64,000 nt of DNA from an uncultured Actinomycetes bacterium (GCA_963743455.1 CAVUPJ010000005.1:28946-92945), one strand, 5' to 3'. Numbered from the stretch's first letter, positions 40,897 through 54,435 are shown. Notes: generated from the sequence alone by a model not told the origin. Made by a program: numbers and translations.

Positions 40897-40936
40897 GGGT
40901 GGAAGGATCGTGCCGCATTCGACCGAGAGGAGCCGC

Positions 40937-41853
40937 ATGGACTCGCTCAGCACGATGACCTACGAGCGCGACGGGAGGGTGGCGCGGATCACCCTCGACC
41001 GGCCGGAGCGCGGCAACGGGATCACGCTCGAGATGCCGCGCGAGCTGGCCGCCTGCGTCGAGCGGGCCAACCTGGATCCGGAGGTCCACGTGCTCGCGCT
41101 CGCCGGCAACGGCTCCGGCTTCTGCGGCGGCTACGACCTGGTCGCCTCGGCCGAGGCGATGAGCGAGGGGTTCGGGATCGACCAGGCGCCCTCAGGGCTC
41201 GGCGCTCGATCCCGCCGGTCCAGGCGGCGAACCACGACCCGGATCGCGTCTGGGACCCGGTGGTCGACTTCCAGATGATGTCGCGGAACGTCCGCGGCTT
41301 CATGAGCCTCTTCCACTCCGAGAAGCCCGTGCTCTGCAAGGTGCACGGCTTCTGCGTCGCCGGCGGCACCGACATGGCGCTGTGCTCGGACCTGCTGGTG
41401 GTCGAGGACGAGGCGAAGATCGGCTACCCGCCGGCTCGGGTGTGGGGCGTGCCGACGACCGCGCTCTGGTCGTGGCGGATCGGCCCGGCGCGGGCGAAGC
41501 GGCTGCTCCTGACGGGCGACTCGATCTCCGGCGCGGAGGCGGTCGAGTGGGGGCTCGCCGCGGAGGCGGCGCCCGCCGATCGCCTCGACGAGCGCTTCGA
41601 GGCGCTGCTGGGCCGGGTGGCGCGGGTGCCGGTGAGCCAGCTCGTGATGCACAAGCTGCTCGTCAACCAGGCGGTCTACGCGCAGGGGCTTCACGCCACG
41701 CAGGTCCTCGGCACCTTCTTCGACGGCGTCGCCCGCCACACCCCGGAGGGCTACGCGTTCCAGCGCCGCGCCGCCGAGGCGGGGTGGGGCGAGGCGGTCC
41801 GCGAGCGGGACGAGCCCTTCGGCGACGCCGGCCGCTCCACCTTCAAGGGGTAG
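40937..41853 (+). CDS. Enoyl-CoA hydratase/isomerase (crotonase) family; frame broken near 41200
   Basis: ORF 40895.. from ATG 40937 (ARITLDRPERGNGIT...LAGNGSGFCGGYDL) joins ORF 40873..41853 (KVHGFCVAGGTDMALCSD). Confidence 0.85.
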
Positions 41854-41875
41854 CCGCAGATACGCCTCCGCCGCC

Positions 41876-42298
41876 ATGTCCCAGAGCAATCCCGAGGTCA
41901 CGCCGGAGTCGCTGCGCGCGCGGGTCGCGGACAGCTTCCCCGCCGACCTCGGGGTCGAGCCGCTCGAGGTGACCGACGAGCGCACGACGGGCCGGATCGT
42001 CGTCGACAGGCGCCACCTGCATCCGGGCGGGCTCGTTCACGGCGGCGCCTGGGTCGCGCTCGCCGACTCGATCGCCGCCTGGCAGACCTTCCGGCACCTG
42101 CCGCCGGGCCACAACTTCACCACGGTCGAGATGAAGCTGAACGTGTTCGCCGCCGGCCGCCCCGGCGACGAGCTGATCGCCACCGCCGAGCACCTCCATG
42201 CCGGGCGCACCACCCACGTGGTCGAGGTCCGCGTCCATTGCGGCGAGCGCCTGGTGGCGAACCTGCTCGTCACCCAGCTCGTGATCGCGCCCGGTTGA
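41876..42298 (+). CDS. PaaI-family hotdog-fold thioesterase
   Basis: Intact 140-aa ORF with LHPGGLVHGGAWVALADS...TVEMKLNVF. Confidence 0.85.
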   Translation: MSQSNPEVTPESLRARVADSFPADLGVEPLEVTDERTTGRIVVDRRHLHPGGLVHGGAWVALADSIAAWQTFRHLPPGHNFTTVEMKLNVFAAGRPGDELIATAEHLHAGRTTHVVEVRVHCGERLVANLLVTQLVIAPG

Positions 42299-42319
42299 GC
42301 GGTCGGCTGGGCCCTGCCT

Positions 42320-43784
42320 CTACGGCACCCGGTGGACCTCGAACAGGTTGGTGCCGAGCTCCTGCTGAGGCAGGCCGGCCGTGATCCCGATCAGGTCGCC
42401 GCTTGCGGCGACTCCCTGCTCCTTGGCCAGCCGGGCGCACTCGTCGAGCAGCATCCGAAGGCTCGTCCAGTCCTCGGCGAGGGCGCAGCTGACGCCGAAC
42501 AGGAGCCGGAGCCGGCGCACGGTCTCGATCCGCGGTGAGACGGCCAGCACCGGCACGCTCGGCCGGTGCGCGGAGACCAGCCGCGCCGTGCGGCCGCTGC
42601 GGGTGGGGACGACCACGGCGGCGAGCCCGAGCGTGTAGGTCGAGCCGACGGCCGCGCGGGCGACCGAGCCGGCGACGTCCGACGCATCGGAGGTGACGCG
42701 GTTGAACAGCCAGTCGCCGTACGGCAGGTCGGGCTCGGCCTCGCGGGCGATCCGGTCCATCATCCGCACCGCCTCCACCGGGTACTCGCCGACCGCCGTT
42801 TCCTCGGACAGCATCACGGCGTCGGTTCCCTGGTAGATCGCGGCGGCCACGTCCGAGACCTCCGCTCGGGTGGGCCGGGGCGACCCCACCATCGAGGCGA
42901 GCATCTGGGTCGCGGTGATCGACGGCCGGGAGTGGCGCCCGGCCAGCGCCAGGAGCTGCCTCTGGACCACGGGCACCCGCTCGATCGCCATCTCGATGCC
43001 GAGGTCGCCGCGGGCCACCATGATCCCGCCGAGCGCCGCCCGCATGATCGGTTCGGCGTTCTCCGCGGCCTGCGGTTTCTCGATCTTGGCGATCAACGGG
43101 ATGTCGGCTCCGGCGGCCCGGACGCGGCGCTCGACGGGCTCCAGGTCCTCGGCGCGGCGGACGAAGGACACCGCGAGCAGGTCGATGCCCTGCTCGAGCG
43201 GCGAAGTCCACCCAGTCGAGGTCGGTGCGGCCGGCGGACGGCAGGGGCACCTCGGTGCCCGGCATGTTGAGCCCCTGGTGTGAGGCGACCGCCCCGCCGA
43301 CCTCGACCGCGCAGCGCACCTCGCCGGACGTCGCCCCGAGCACCCGCAGCCGGACGCGGCCGTCGGCGAGGTAGACCTCGTCGCCCTCGGAGACCGCAGC
43401 CGGACAGGCCCTCCCACGAGACCGGCAGCTGGCCGGCGTCGCCGATCTCCTCTCCGGTCGTCAGCGTCAGCTCCGAGCCCGCGTGGAGCTCGACCACGCC
43501 CCCCTCGACCTCGTCGAGCCGCAGCTTCGGCCCCGGCAGGTCGCCGAGCAGGCCGACCTCTTGGCCGGCGAGCTGCGAGGCCTCGCGCGCCATCGCCACG
43601 TTGGCGGCGTGATCCTCGCGTCCGCCGTGCGAGAAGTTGAGCCGGAAGACGTCGGCTCCGGCCCGGATCAGCTCGGCCATCCGCTCCACGGAGCGCGTGG
43701 CGGGCCCGATCGTGGCGACGATCTTGGTCGCGCCGCCGCGGACGCGGCGGGCTCGGAGCGGGCCTGGCTGGGCTCGGCGGGCAT
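42320..43784 (-). CDS. pyk: Pyruvate kinase; frame broken near 43735, 43400 and 43200
   Basis: TKIVATIGPA..FRLNFSHG (frame of ORF 43093..47202), MPGTEVPLPS..DLDW (ORF 42270..43343) and IAKIEKP..MVARGDLG..TQMLASM (ORF 42320..43417). Confidence 0.9.
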
Positions 43785-43789
43785 CGCGA

Positions 43790-46281
43790 TCACCCCCGGC
43801 CCGGCGTCGGGCAGGGCCGTCGGCGTGGGGGGCGGCTCGCCGGCCTGGGCAGGGGCAATCTCGGGGGCGGGCTCTTCCGCGGCCGGCGCCTCGGCCGGCG
43901 CCTCGAGCGCCTGGATCTGGGGGAGCCGCCAGGCGAGCGCCGCCAGCACCAGCCCGACCGCGACCGAGAGCAGGCTCAGGAACCACTGGCCGGCCGACAG
44001 CAGCTCGAGGTCGAAGAACTCGCGCACCGGTGCGGCGGCGAGGGCGAGCGCGTACAGCGCCCCAAGCCCGGCGACCATCGCCAGCATGTAGCTCTGGATC
44101 GTGATGTGCTCGCGGCCCGGGCCGCGCTCGAGCAGGAGGATGAAGCACAGCCCGAGCACGATCAGGGTGGTGGTGGCGGCGGTGCGGCCCTCCGCCAGCG
44201 AGCCCGCGAACAGCTCGTCGACCATGTAGAAGGAGAGCAGCGAGCCCGCGGCGATCCCGACCCCCGCCGGCACCGCGAAGGCGGCCAGCGCGCGCAGCAG
44301 CCGGCCCCGGTACAGGGGGCCCTCGCTCGGCGCCAGGGCGAGGACGAAGGAGGGGATCCCGATCGTCAGCGTGGCGGCGATCGTGAGCTGCCTGGGGAGG
44401 AAGGGGAAGGCGCCGCCGAAGATCGCGGTGAACAGGATCAGGACCCCGGCGTAGACCGACTTGGTCGCGTACAGGCGCCCCAGGCGGTGGATGTTGCGGG
44501 CGATCCGCCGCCCCTCGGCGACCGCGCGCGGCAGCATCGAGAACTGGTCGCGCATCAGGACGATGTCGGCGATCCCCTTCGTGATCTGGCTTCCGGACCC
44601 CATCGCGACCGCCAGCCTCGCCTGCTTCAGCGCCGGCACGTCGTTGACGCCGTCGCCGATCATCGCCGTGAAGCGCCCTCGGTCGCCGAGCGCCCCGACC
44701 AGGGCCTTCTTCTGCTCCGGGGTGATCCGGCAGAAGATCGTGTTTTGCTCCGCGGCGAGAGCGATCCCGGCCCTGTCGTCGGGCAGCTCGGGCCCCTCGA
44801 TCACGCCGGCGTCCCCCGGAACGCCCACCGCGTGCGCGACCGCGGTGACCGTCTGCCGGGCGTCGCCGGAGATCAGCTTCAGGTCCACCTGCTGGCTGGC
44901 GCATGAACTCGATCGTCTCCGCGGCGTCGGGGCGAAGCTGCTCCTCCAGCACCACCAGGGCTCGCGGCTCGAGCCGCGGCGGAGGCTGGCTGCCAGGGTC
45001 GGCCGGCAGGGCCGCCGACGCCTCGCCGAAGGCGACCACGCGCCGCCCGGCGGCCGTGTGCTCCTCGAGCGTCCGCTCGAGCCTGGGGGTCAGCTCGAGC
45101 GCCCCCGCCTGGGCGAGCACGTCGGGCGCCCCCATCACGTAGCTGCGGGTCGATCCCCGCCCGTCGAGGGTGATGCCGCTCCACTTCCACACCGACGAGA
45201 AGGGCACCTCGGCGACGACGCGCTCCGGCTTGCCCGGGTAGCGCTCGGCGATCGTCTGGAGGGTCCGATTCCGCTCCCCGGCCGAGTGCGCGAAGCGGCC
45301 CAGGGCCTCGTGGGCCACCGCCGGCTGGGTCTTGTCCGCCACCTCGACCGAGACCAGGTCGAGGGTGCCGTCGGTGAGCGTCCCGGTCTTGTCCACGCAG
45401 ATCGTGTCGACGGCGGCCAGCGCCTCGGTCGCGGCTATCTGCTGGACGAGCGTGTCCATCCGCGCCAGGCGGACGGCCGCCACCGCCAGGGTGATGCTCA
45501 TCAGCAGCACCAGGCCCTCGGGGATCAGCGTCACCAGGCCGGCTGCCGCCGTCTGCGCGGCCTCCTGGAGCTCGACGCTGCGAACCGAGAAGGCGAGCAG
45601 CAGGAGGACGGCGAGCGGCACCATCACGATCGTGGTCGCGCTCAGGACGCGGTTGACCTCGAGCTGGAGCGGCGACGGCGGGTGCCGGAAGGCCCTCGCC
45701 TCGCCCGCGACCTGCTCGGCGTGGCTGTCCTCGCGCACCGCGTCGACCTCGTAGTAGCCGGAGCCGGCGAGGCAGAAGGCGCCCGACAGCACCCGGTCGC
45801 CGTCGTGCTTGCGAACCCCGTCGGACTCGCCGGTCAGGATCGACTCGTCGATCGTCAGTCCCCTGGTCGAGGCCACGACGCCGTCGGCGACCAGCTGGTC
45901 GCCGGGCTCGACCCGGATCAGGTCGCCCGGCACGACCTCCTCGGCGCGCAGCTCGATCAGCTCGCCGTCGCGGACCGCCTTCGCCCTGGGCGCCACCAGC
46001 AGCGCGAGCTGGTCGAGCGTCTCCTTGGCCTTCAGCTCCTGGCGGATCCCGATCGCCGAGTTGACCACCGCGATCAGCCCGAAGAGGGCGTCCGCGAACA
46101 GGCCCAGCGCCAGGAGCAGGACGAAGAAGACGCCCAGGATCGCGTTGAAGAGGGTGAAGACGTTGCCGGCGACGATGCTGGCGACCGAGCGGCTGGTCGG
46201 CGGCTCCGGCGGCCCCAGATCGTGCAGCCGCCGCGCCGCCTCGGCGCTGCTCAACCCGCGCGGGTGCGCCTGCTCGCTCAT
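43790..46281 (-). CDS. Cation-transporting P-type ATPase (HAD-IC, type II-like); frame broken near 44895, stop uncertain
   Basis: ATG 46281. TGES, PEGL, DKTGTLT (ORF 43093..47202 frame) and MIGDGVNDVPALK (ORF 43668..44888). Pro/Ala/Glu-rich tail. Confidence 0.9.
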
Positions 46282-46329
46282 CCGCGTCCATCTATACCGG
46301 AGCCGGGTCACTAGGATCGCCGCGAGCCA

Positions 46330-47519
<1,190 letters not shown>

Positions 47520-48274
47520 GTGATCTCGCCGCTCGCCGTCGAGGTGGGCGGCGCCCTGACCCTCGCGCAGTCGGAGCTGGGGGAGGACTTCTTCCGCGAC
47601 CGCAGCAATCCGGACTGCGTGCAGCGACAACGGAGCCTTCTGCTTCGAGTGGGCCGCCGACAACCTCGTCGATCGCTACCTCACTCCGACGCTCGAGCAC
47701 CTGGTGCTGGTCTCGGCCTCGGTCGCGCTCGGGTTCGTGATCGCGCTCGGCCTGGCGCTCGTCTCCCACCGCCGCCGCTGGCTGGTGCCCGCGATCACGG
47801 GCGTCACCGGGGTTCTCTACACGGTGCCCGAGCATCGCCTTCTTCCTGCTCCTGCTCCCGATCACCGGCCGCGGCACCGACACCGCGATCATCGCGCTCA
47901 CCGCCTACACGCTCCAGATCATCTATCGCAACACCGTCGCCGGCCTCGCCAACGTCCCCGCCGAGGCCAGGGACTCCGGCCGGGGCATGGGCATGACCCC
48001 CCGCCAGCTCCTGTGGAGGGTCGAGCTGCCGCTCGCGGTGCCCGAGATCATCGCCGGGCTGCGGATCGCGACGGTGTCGACGGTGGCGATTGCGACGCTC
48101 GCGGTCTTCGCCGGGGCGGGCGGCCTGGGCGCCGAGATCTACGCCAACCTCACCTTCAAGACCGGCATCATCATCTGCGGCGGGATCGCGATCCTGATGG
48201 CGATCGGCTTCGACGCCCTGCTGGTCGGCGCCCAGCGGCTGATCTCGCCCTGGCGGAGGGTGAGGCCGGTGTGA
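47520..48274 (+). CDS. Osmoprotectant ABC permease 1 (OpuCB-like); frame broken near 47640 and 47830
   Basis: LVSASVALGFVIALGLALV (ORF 47704) and GMTPRQLLWRVELPLAVPEIIAGLRIA (ORF 47987..48274). The GTG 47520 start is tentative. Confidence 0.75.
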
Positions 48275-49028
48275 TCGCGGCTGGAGCTCAGTCCGGCGCT
48301 CCCGCTCGCGTCCGTCGTCGACTCGTTCACGGGCGCGATCGAGTTCATCTTCCAGCAGCGCCAGTCGGAGCTGGAGTCGGACGGGGGCACCCAGGTCGGG
48401 GGCCTCGACCAGGTGTGGGACCTGATGTGGAGGCACATCGAGGTCAGCGCCCTGGCGCTCGCGGTGTCGCTCGTGCTCGCGCTTCCGATCGGGGTGGTGC
48501 TCGGCCACCGGGGCAAGGGGGAGTTGCTGGCGGTCGCGGTCGGCAACGCCGGACGGGCGATCCCGGAGCTCGCCCTGATCGCCTTCATGGTCGCCTTCGT
48601 CGGCGTCGGTCTGGTCAACCTGACGATCGCCCTGATGGTGCTCGGCATCCCGCCGATCCTCACCAACACGTTCGTCGGCATCCGCCAGGTCGACCGCGGC
48701 GCGGTCGAGGCGGCGCGGGGGATGGGGATGAGCGCGTTCGAGGTGGTGCGAAAGGTCGAGCTGCCGCTCGCCGTGCCGACGATCATGACCGGCGTGCGCA
48801 CGGCGGCGATCAACATCGTCGCCACGGCGACGCTCGGGCCGCTGGTCGGCCAGCTGACGCTCGGCGACTTCATCCTCAACCGCAACGTCTACGGCGACGA
48901 GGGCGTGCTGGCGGGGGCGATCCTGGTCGCGCTGCTGGCGCTCGCGGTCGAGCTGGCGCTCGCCGGCGTGCAGCGGCTCCTGACGCCGCGGGGCCTCGCG
49001 CTGCAGCGAGCGGGCGCGGCGCGCATAG
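48271..49028 (+). CDS. Osmoprotectant ABC permease 2 (OpuCD-like); frame broken near 48290, stop uncertain
   Basis: GTG 48271 overlaps the upstream TGA. ORF 48413.. has GMSAFEVVRKVELPLAVPTIMTGVRTA. An out-of-frame TAG lies at 49026-49028. Confidence 0.75.
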
Positions 49029-49087
49029 GATTCCCGCGACCCCGCGGGGCCGGGGAATGTCCTGCAAAGCTGAGAGAGGAACCCTCG

Positions 49088-50046
49088 ATGAGCACGAAGA
49101 TCCGGTTGCGAGCGCTGTTCGCGCTGCTCGCCGTCGCAGTCCTGTCGGTCGGCATCGCCGCCTGCGGCGACGACGACGAGACGACGACCGCCGAGACGGG
49201 GGCGGGCTGATCGAGTCGAATCCCGACAACTCCGGCGTGCAGATCACCGTCGGGTCGAAGAACTTCACCGAGCAGTTCATCCTCGGCGAGATCTACGCCC
49301 AGGGGCTCGAGGCCGCGGGCTACGACGTCAGCACCGACCTCAACCTGGGCGACGAGACGGTCGCCCTGAAGGCCCTGAAGGCCGGCGAGATCGACGGCTA
49401 TCCCGAGTACACGCTCGACCGCCCTGACCTCGTTCTTCGACACCAACGCCGGAGGACGTCCCGGGGGACGCCCAGCAGGCGTACGAGGACTCGAAGGCGG
49501 ACTTCGAGCAGGAGGGCCTGGTCTCCTACCCGCCGGCGCCGTACGACGAGCGCCAACGCGGTCGGCACCCTGACCTCGACCGCCGAGGAGCTCGGGCTGG
49601 AGAACGTCTCCGACCTCGAGGGCCAGTCGCAGGACCTGACCCTCTACGGCTCGCCGGAGTGCCGCCAGCGGCCCGACTGCCTGGTGGGGCTCGAGGACGG
49701 CTACGGCCTCGAGTTCAAGTCGTTCACGCCGGTCGACATCGCGTTGCGCTACGAGGTGCTCGACAAGGGCGAGGCCGACCTCTCGATCCTGTTCACGAGC
49801 GACGCCCAGCTGTTCACGGACCCGGACAAGTACACGATCCTCGAGGACGACCAGGGCGTCTTCCCGGCCGGGAACCCGCTGTTCGTCGCCCGGCAGGAGA
49901 CCGTGGACGAGGCCGGCCCCGACTTCGGCGAGATGATCGAGCAGGTCCAGGGGAACCTGACGCTGAAGGTGATGCAGGAGCTGAACGCGCGGGTCGACAT
50001 CGACAAGGAGAAGCCCGCCGACGTCGCCCGCGACTACCTGGTGTAG
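49088..50046 (+). CDS. Osmoprotectant-binding lipoprotein (OpuCC/OpuBC-type SBP); frame broken at least 3 times
   Basis: ATG 49088 follows GAGAGAGGAA. Lipobox SVGIAAC. VGSKNFTEQFILGEIYAQ...GEIDGYPEYT...DDQGVFPAGNP is in ORF 47704..50046. Confidence 0.8.
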
Positions 50047-50068
50047 TCCGGGTACGTGGAGTAGCGCG

Positions 50069-51135
50069 CTGAAGCTGGGGCTCAACCTCGGCTACTGGGG
50101 CATCGGCCCCCAGGGCGAGGAGGCCGTCGAGGCCGTGCGCGCCGCCGAGCGCGCCGGCTTCGACTCGGTCTGGGTGGCGGAGTCCTACGGCTCCGACGTG
50201 GTCAGCGTGCTCGCCTGGCTCGCCCCGCAGACCGAGACGATCCAGCTCGGCGGGGCGATCATGCAGGTGCCCGCCAGGGCGCCCGCGGCCGCCGCGATGG
50301 CCGGGTGCACGATCGACGCGCTGTCCGGCGGGCGGTTCATCTTCGGCTTCGGCCCCTCCGGGCCGCAGGTCTCCGAGGGCTGGTACGGGGTCCCCTACGC
50401 CAAGCCCTGGGGCCGCACCCGGGAGTACATCGAGATCGTCCGCCAGATCGTCGCCCGCGAGGGCAGGCTGGAGTACGAGGGCCAGCACTTCAAGCTGCCG
50501 CTTCCCGGCGGCGAGGGCAAGGCGCTGAAGCTCAACTTCCACCCGGTTCGCAACCGGATCCCGATCTTCGTCGGCGCGATCGGCCGCAAGTCGGTGGAGA
50601 TGGCGGCGGAGATCTGCGACGGCTGGATCCCGATCTTCTCCTCGCCCGACGCCTTCGAGTCGACCTGGGGCGAGCACCTCGAGGCCGGGCTTGGCGAAGG
50701 GCGGGCGCCAGCGCTCCGAGCTCGAGGTCTCGCCCACCGTGCAGGTGGCGATCGACGGCGACCTCGAGGCGGCTCGGACGGTCGTCAAGGCCGGCCTGCT
50801 CCTCTATCTCGGCGGCATGGGCAGCCGCAAGACCAACTTCTACGTCGACCTGACGCACCGCTTCGGCTTCGGCGAGGTCGCCGACGAGGTCCAGTCGCTC
50901 TACCTCGACGGCAAGCGCGAGGACGCCTACGCGGCGATCCCGGACGAGCTCGTCGACGCCACCTCGCTGATCGGCAGCGAGGAGGAGGTCGCGGCGCGAA
51001 TCGACCGCTACGCGTCCGCCGGGGCGGATCGCCTGATCGTCTCGCCGATCAGCCCGGAGCCCGAGCAGCGCCGGCACACCGCTCGAGCGCCTGGCCGAGC
51101 TGGCGGGCGTCGCGGCGCCCGCCTCGCCGGCCTGA
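50069..51135 (+). CDS. Luciferase-like monooxygenase (LLM) family, F420-dependent-type oxidoreductase; frame broken near 50695 and 51075; start codon unclear
   Basis: LKLGLNLGYWG...AERAGFDSVWVAESYGSD (ORF 50135 frame) and LLYLGGMGSRKTNFY (ORF 50691). No canonical start precedes LKLGLN. Confidence 0.8.
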
Positions 51136-51172
51136 CCCGACGAACTCGGCCTCGGATACGCTCTCGCGCGCT

Positions 51173-52304
51173 TTGAAGGTAGGCGTGCCCAAAGAATCCC
51201 GGGAGGGCGAGCGCCGCGTGGCGCTGACACCGGACGCCGTCAGCTCGCTGAGGAGCAAGGAGGTCGAGGTGGCGGTCGAGTCGGGCGCCGGCGAGGGCGC
51301 CGGCCATCCCGACCCCGAGTACACGGAGGCCGGCGCCGGCGTCGGGCCGGGGGATGCCGCCTGGGGGGCCGACGTGGTGGTCAAGGTCGCGCTCCCCACC
51401 AAGGAGGAGATCGACAGGCTGCGCTCGGGCCAGGTCCTGATCGGCCACCTGGCCCCGCTCACCTCGGCGGAGACCAACCGGGCGCTGGCGGAGGCGGGGG
51501 TGACCAGCTTCGCGATGGAGGCGATCCCGCGAATCACCCGCGCGCAGGCGATGGACGCTCTCTCCTCGCAGGCGAACGTGGCCGGCTACGCGGCCACCCT
51601 GCTGGCCGCGCGCGAGGCCGGTCGATTCTTCCCGATGATGACCACCGCGGCGGGCACCGTGGCGCCGGCGAAGGTGATGGTGCTCGGCGCGGGAGTCGCC
51701 GGCCTCCAGGCGATCGCGACCGCCAAGCGGCTGGGCGCCGTGGTCACCGGGTTCGACATCCGCCGCGCCGCCTGGGAGCAGATCGCGAGCCTGGGCGGAC
51801 GTCCGCTGGAGCTCGACTTCATCCCCGATGCCGAGGCGGAGGGCGGCTACGCGCGGCCGCTGACCGACGAGGAGAACGAGCAGGGTGCGCGAGTCGCTGG
51901 CGGAGGCGGCCAAGCGCCAGGACGTGATCATCACCACGGCGCAGATACCCGGCCGGCAGGCGCCGCTCCTGATCACCGCCGACGCGGTGCGCGGGATGTC
52001 GCCGGGCTCGGTGATCGTCGACCTGGCAGGCGACTCCGGCGGCAACTGCGAGCTGACCAAGCCCGGCGAGACCGTGGTCGAGGACGGGGTCAAGATCATC
52101 GCTCCGCTCGACCTGCCCAGCGAGATGGCCACCCACGCCTCGCAGCTCTACGCCAAGAACGTCGAGAACCTGCTCGACCTGCTGGTCTCGGAGGGCCAGC
52201 TGAACCTCGACTTCGACGACGAGATCGTGGCTGGCTCCTGCATCACCCACGGCGGCGAGATCAAGAACGAGCGGGCCAGGGAAGCCGCGGGGGCTGCCGC
52301 GTAG
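51173..52304 (+). CDS. pntAA: NAD(P) transhydrogenase subunit alpha part 1; frame broken near 51885
   Basis: TTG 51173. KVGVPKESREGERRVALTP...VLGAGVAGLQAIATAKRLGA (ORF 50135 frame), then ORF 51885..52304 (VIITTAQIPGRQAPLLIT). Confidence 0.85.
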
Positions 52305-52314
52305 AGGTGACCGC

Positions 52315-54087
52315 ATGGACCTGATCACCGAGTTCACGATCTTCGTCCTGGCCGCCTTCGTCGGCTTCGAGGTCATCTCGAAGGTGCCCACCACGCTGCA
52401 CACGCCGCTGATGTCGCAGACCAACGCGATTCACGGCATCGTCATGCTCGGCGGGCTGATCGTGATCGGCGCCGCCGACGGGACGCTGGACAAGGTGATC
52501 GGCACGATCGCGATCGCCTTCGGCACGATCAACGTCGTCGGCGGCTTCATGGTCACCGACCGGATGCTCGGGATGTTCCGCCGGAAGCCAAAGCCCCAAG
52601 AGCCGTCCGAATCCCTCCGCCGACGCGTCCGAGTTCGGCGGAGCCGGGTCCGCGGAGGGCATGAGGATGCCGACGTCGCCGCCTTTGCTCGTCCGAGCTC
52701 CGAGTTCGTCACGGCCTGCTACATCCTCGCCTTCTCGCTGTTCATCTTCGGCGTCCGGCAGGGCACCCACCCGACCACCGCTCGCCGCGGCAACCTGATC
52801 GCCGCCGCCGGGATGGCGGTCGCGGTGGCGATCACGCTGGCGCTGGACGTGGTCGGCAACGGCGTCCTGATCGTGCTCGGGGTCCTGATCGGGACCCTGG
52901 TCGGCGGGATCGCCTCGCGGCGCGTCCAGATGACCCAGATGCCGCAGATGGTGGCGCTCTACAACGGCGTCGGCGGCGGCGCCGCGGCGCTGATCGCGTG
53001 GGCCGAGTTCCGCCACCGGCTCGAGCTGGGAGGTGAGATCCCGCTCGACGTCTTGATTCCGATCCTGTTCTCGCTGGTGGTCGGCTCGGTCTCGTTCTGG
53101 GGCTCGAACATCGCCTTCGCGAAGCTCCAGGAGCTGATCTCCGGGCGCCCGATCAGCTTTCCGGGCCAGCACATCTTCAACGGCATCCTGCTCGCCGGGA
53201 TCCTCGCCGGCTGCGTCGTGCTCGCCGCCAGCCACGACTCCGAGCCCTCGCAGGCGCTGTTCATCGCCGTCCTGATCGCCGCGGCGGTGCTGGGCAACCT
53301 GTTCGTGTTGCCGATCGGCGGCGCCGACATGCCGGTGGTGATCTCGCTCCTGAACGCGTTCACCGGCCTGGCGGCGGCGGCGGCCGGGTTCGCGCTCGAC
53401 AACGTCGCCCTGATCGTGGCCGGGACCCTGGTGGGGTCCTCGGGAACGATCCTCACGCTCGAGATGAGCCGGGCGATGAACCGCTCGGTCGGGAACCTGC
53501 TGTTCGCCGGGTTCGGCGCCGTGGCCACCGGCCCCGCAGCGGCGGGCGAGGAGCGTCCGGTGCACTCGATCGGCGCCCAGGACGCCGCGATCAAGCTCGG
53601 CTACGCCGACTCGGTGGTCTTCGTCCCCGGCTACGGGATGGCGGTCGCCCAGGCCCAGCACGCCGTGAAGGAGCTCGCCAACGAGCTCGAGCGACACGGG
53701 GTCCGGGTCAGCTACGCGATCCATCCGGTGGCGGGCCGGATGCCGGGCCACATGAACGTCCTGCTCGCCGAGGCGGACGTGCCCTACGAGCAGCTCCGCG
53801 AGATGGACGAGATCAACCCCGAGATGCCGCAGACCGACGTCGCGGTGGTGATCGGCGCCAACGACGTCACCAACCCGGCGGCCAAGGACGATCCCTCCAG
53901 CCCGATCGCCGGCATGCCGATCATCGAGGTCACCCAGGCGCAGGAGGTGATCGTGATCAAGCGCTCCCTGAGCCCCGGCTTCGCCGGAATCGACAACGAC
54001 CTCTTCTACCGCGACAACACCTCGATGCTGTTCTCGGACGCCAAGCAGGCGGCGGCCGAGATCGCGGCCGAGGTGCAGGAGCTCTGA
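52315..54087 (+). CDS. pntB: NAD(P) transhydrogenase alpha part 2 (PntAB, about first 95 aa) read through in frame into subunit beta (PntB)
   Basis: Single intact 590-aa ORF. PntAB part: FVGFEVISKVP...HGIVMLGG...VTDRMLGMF. PntB part: YNGVGGGAAA...GYGMAVAQAQH...HPVAGRMPGHMNVLLAEA. Confidence 0.9.
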   Translation: MDLITEFTIFVLAAFVGFEVISKVPTTLHTPLMSQTNAIHGIVMLGGLIVIGAADGTLDKVIGTIAIAFGTINVVGGFMVTDRMLGMFRRKPKPQEPSESLRRRVRVRRSRVRGGHEDADVAAFARPSSEFVTACYILAFSLFIFGVRQGTHPTTARRGNLIAAAGMAVAVAITLALDVVGNGVLIVLGVLIGTLVGGIASRRVQMTQMPQMVALYNGVGGGAAALIAWAEFRHRLELGGEIPLDVLIPILFSLVVGSVSFWGSNIAFAKLQELISGRPISFPGQHIFNGILLAGILAGCVVLAASHDSEPSQALFIAVLIAAAVLGNLFVLPIGGADMPVVISLLNAFTGLAAAAAGFALDNVALIVAGTLVGSSGTILTLEMSRAMNRSVGNLLFAGFGAVATGPAAAGEERPVHSIGAQDAAIKLGYADSVVFVPGYGMAVAQAQHAVKELANELERHGVRVSYAIHPVAGRMPGHMNVLLAEADVPYEQLREMDEINPEMPQTDVAVVIGANDVTNPAAKDDPSSPIAGMPIIEVTQAQEVIVIKRSLSPGFAGIDNDLFYRDNTSMLFSDAKQAAAEIAAEVQEL

Positions 54088-54102
54088 CTCCGAGCGCTTC
54101 GC

Positions 54103-54349
54103 TCAGCTCCCCGGTGCCGCGGTGGCGCCGCACGAGCGGGCCGGCGTAGCCGATCACGGCGCCCAGGACGGCCGCGATCAAGAGGGCGAAGATCAGCGGG
54201 GTCGTCGTGTCGACGAACAGGAACTTGACCTTCACCTCCTGGGAGTTCTGGGCGATCAGGATCACCACCAGGAGCACGGCGACGCCGAGCGCCCAGGGCC
54301 GCCAGGAGCTCTTCTTGGCCTGGGGCTGAAGCTCGCCGGGCTGCGCCAT
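54103..54349 (-). CDS. LapA/DUF1049-like small membrane protein; 3' end inferred through a frame break
   Basis: ATG 54349. WALGVAVLLVVILIAQNSQEVKVKFLFVDTTTPLIFALLIAAVLGAVIGY. The in-frame ORF otherwise runs on into pntB antisense. Confidence 0.55.
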
Positions 54350-54435
54350 CGCGGCGACTGTATCTCTCCGATCGGGCGCGGGAGTTCTGACCCGACGTGA
54401 TCCACCCGTGAGCCCGCCGCGCCTAGCGTCGGCGC

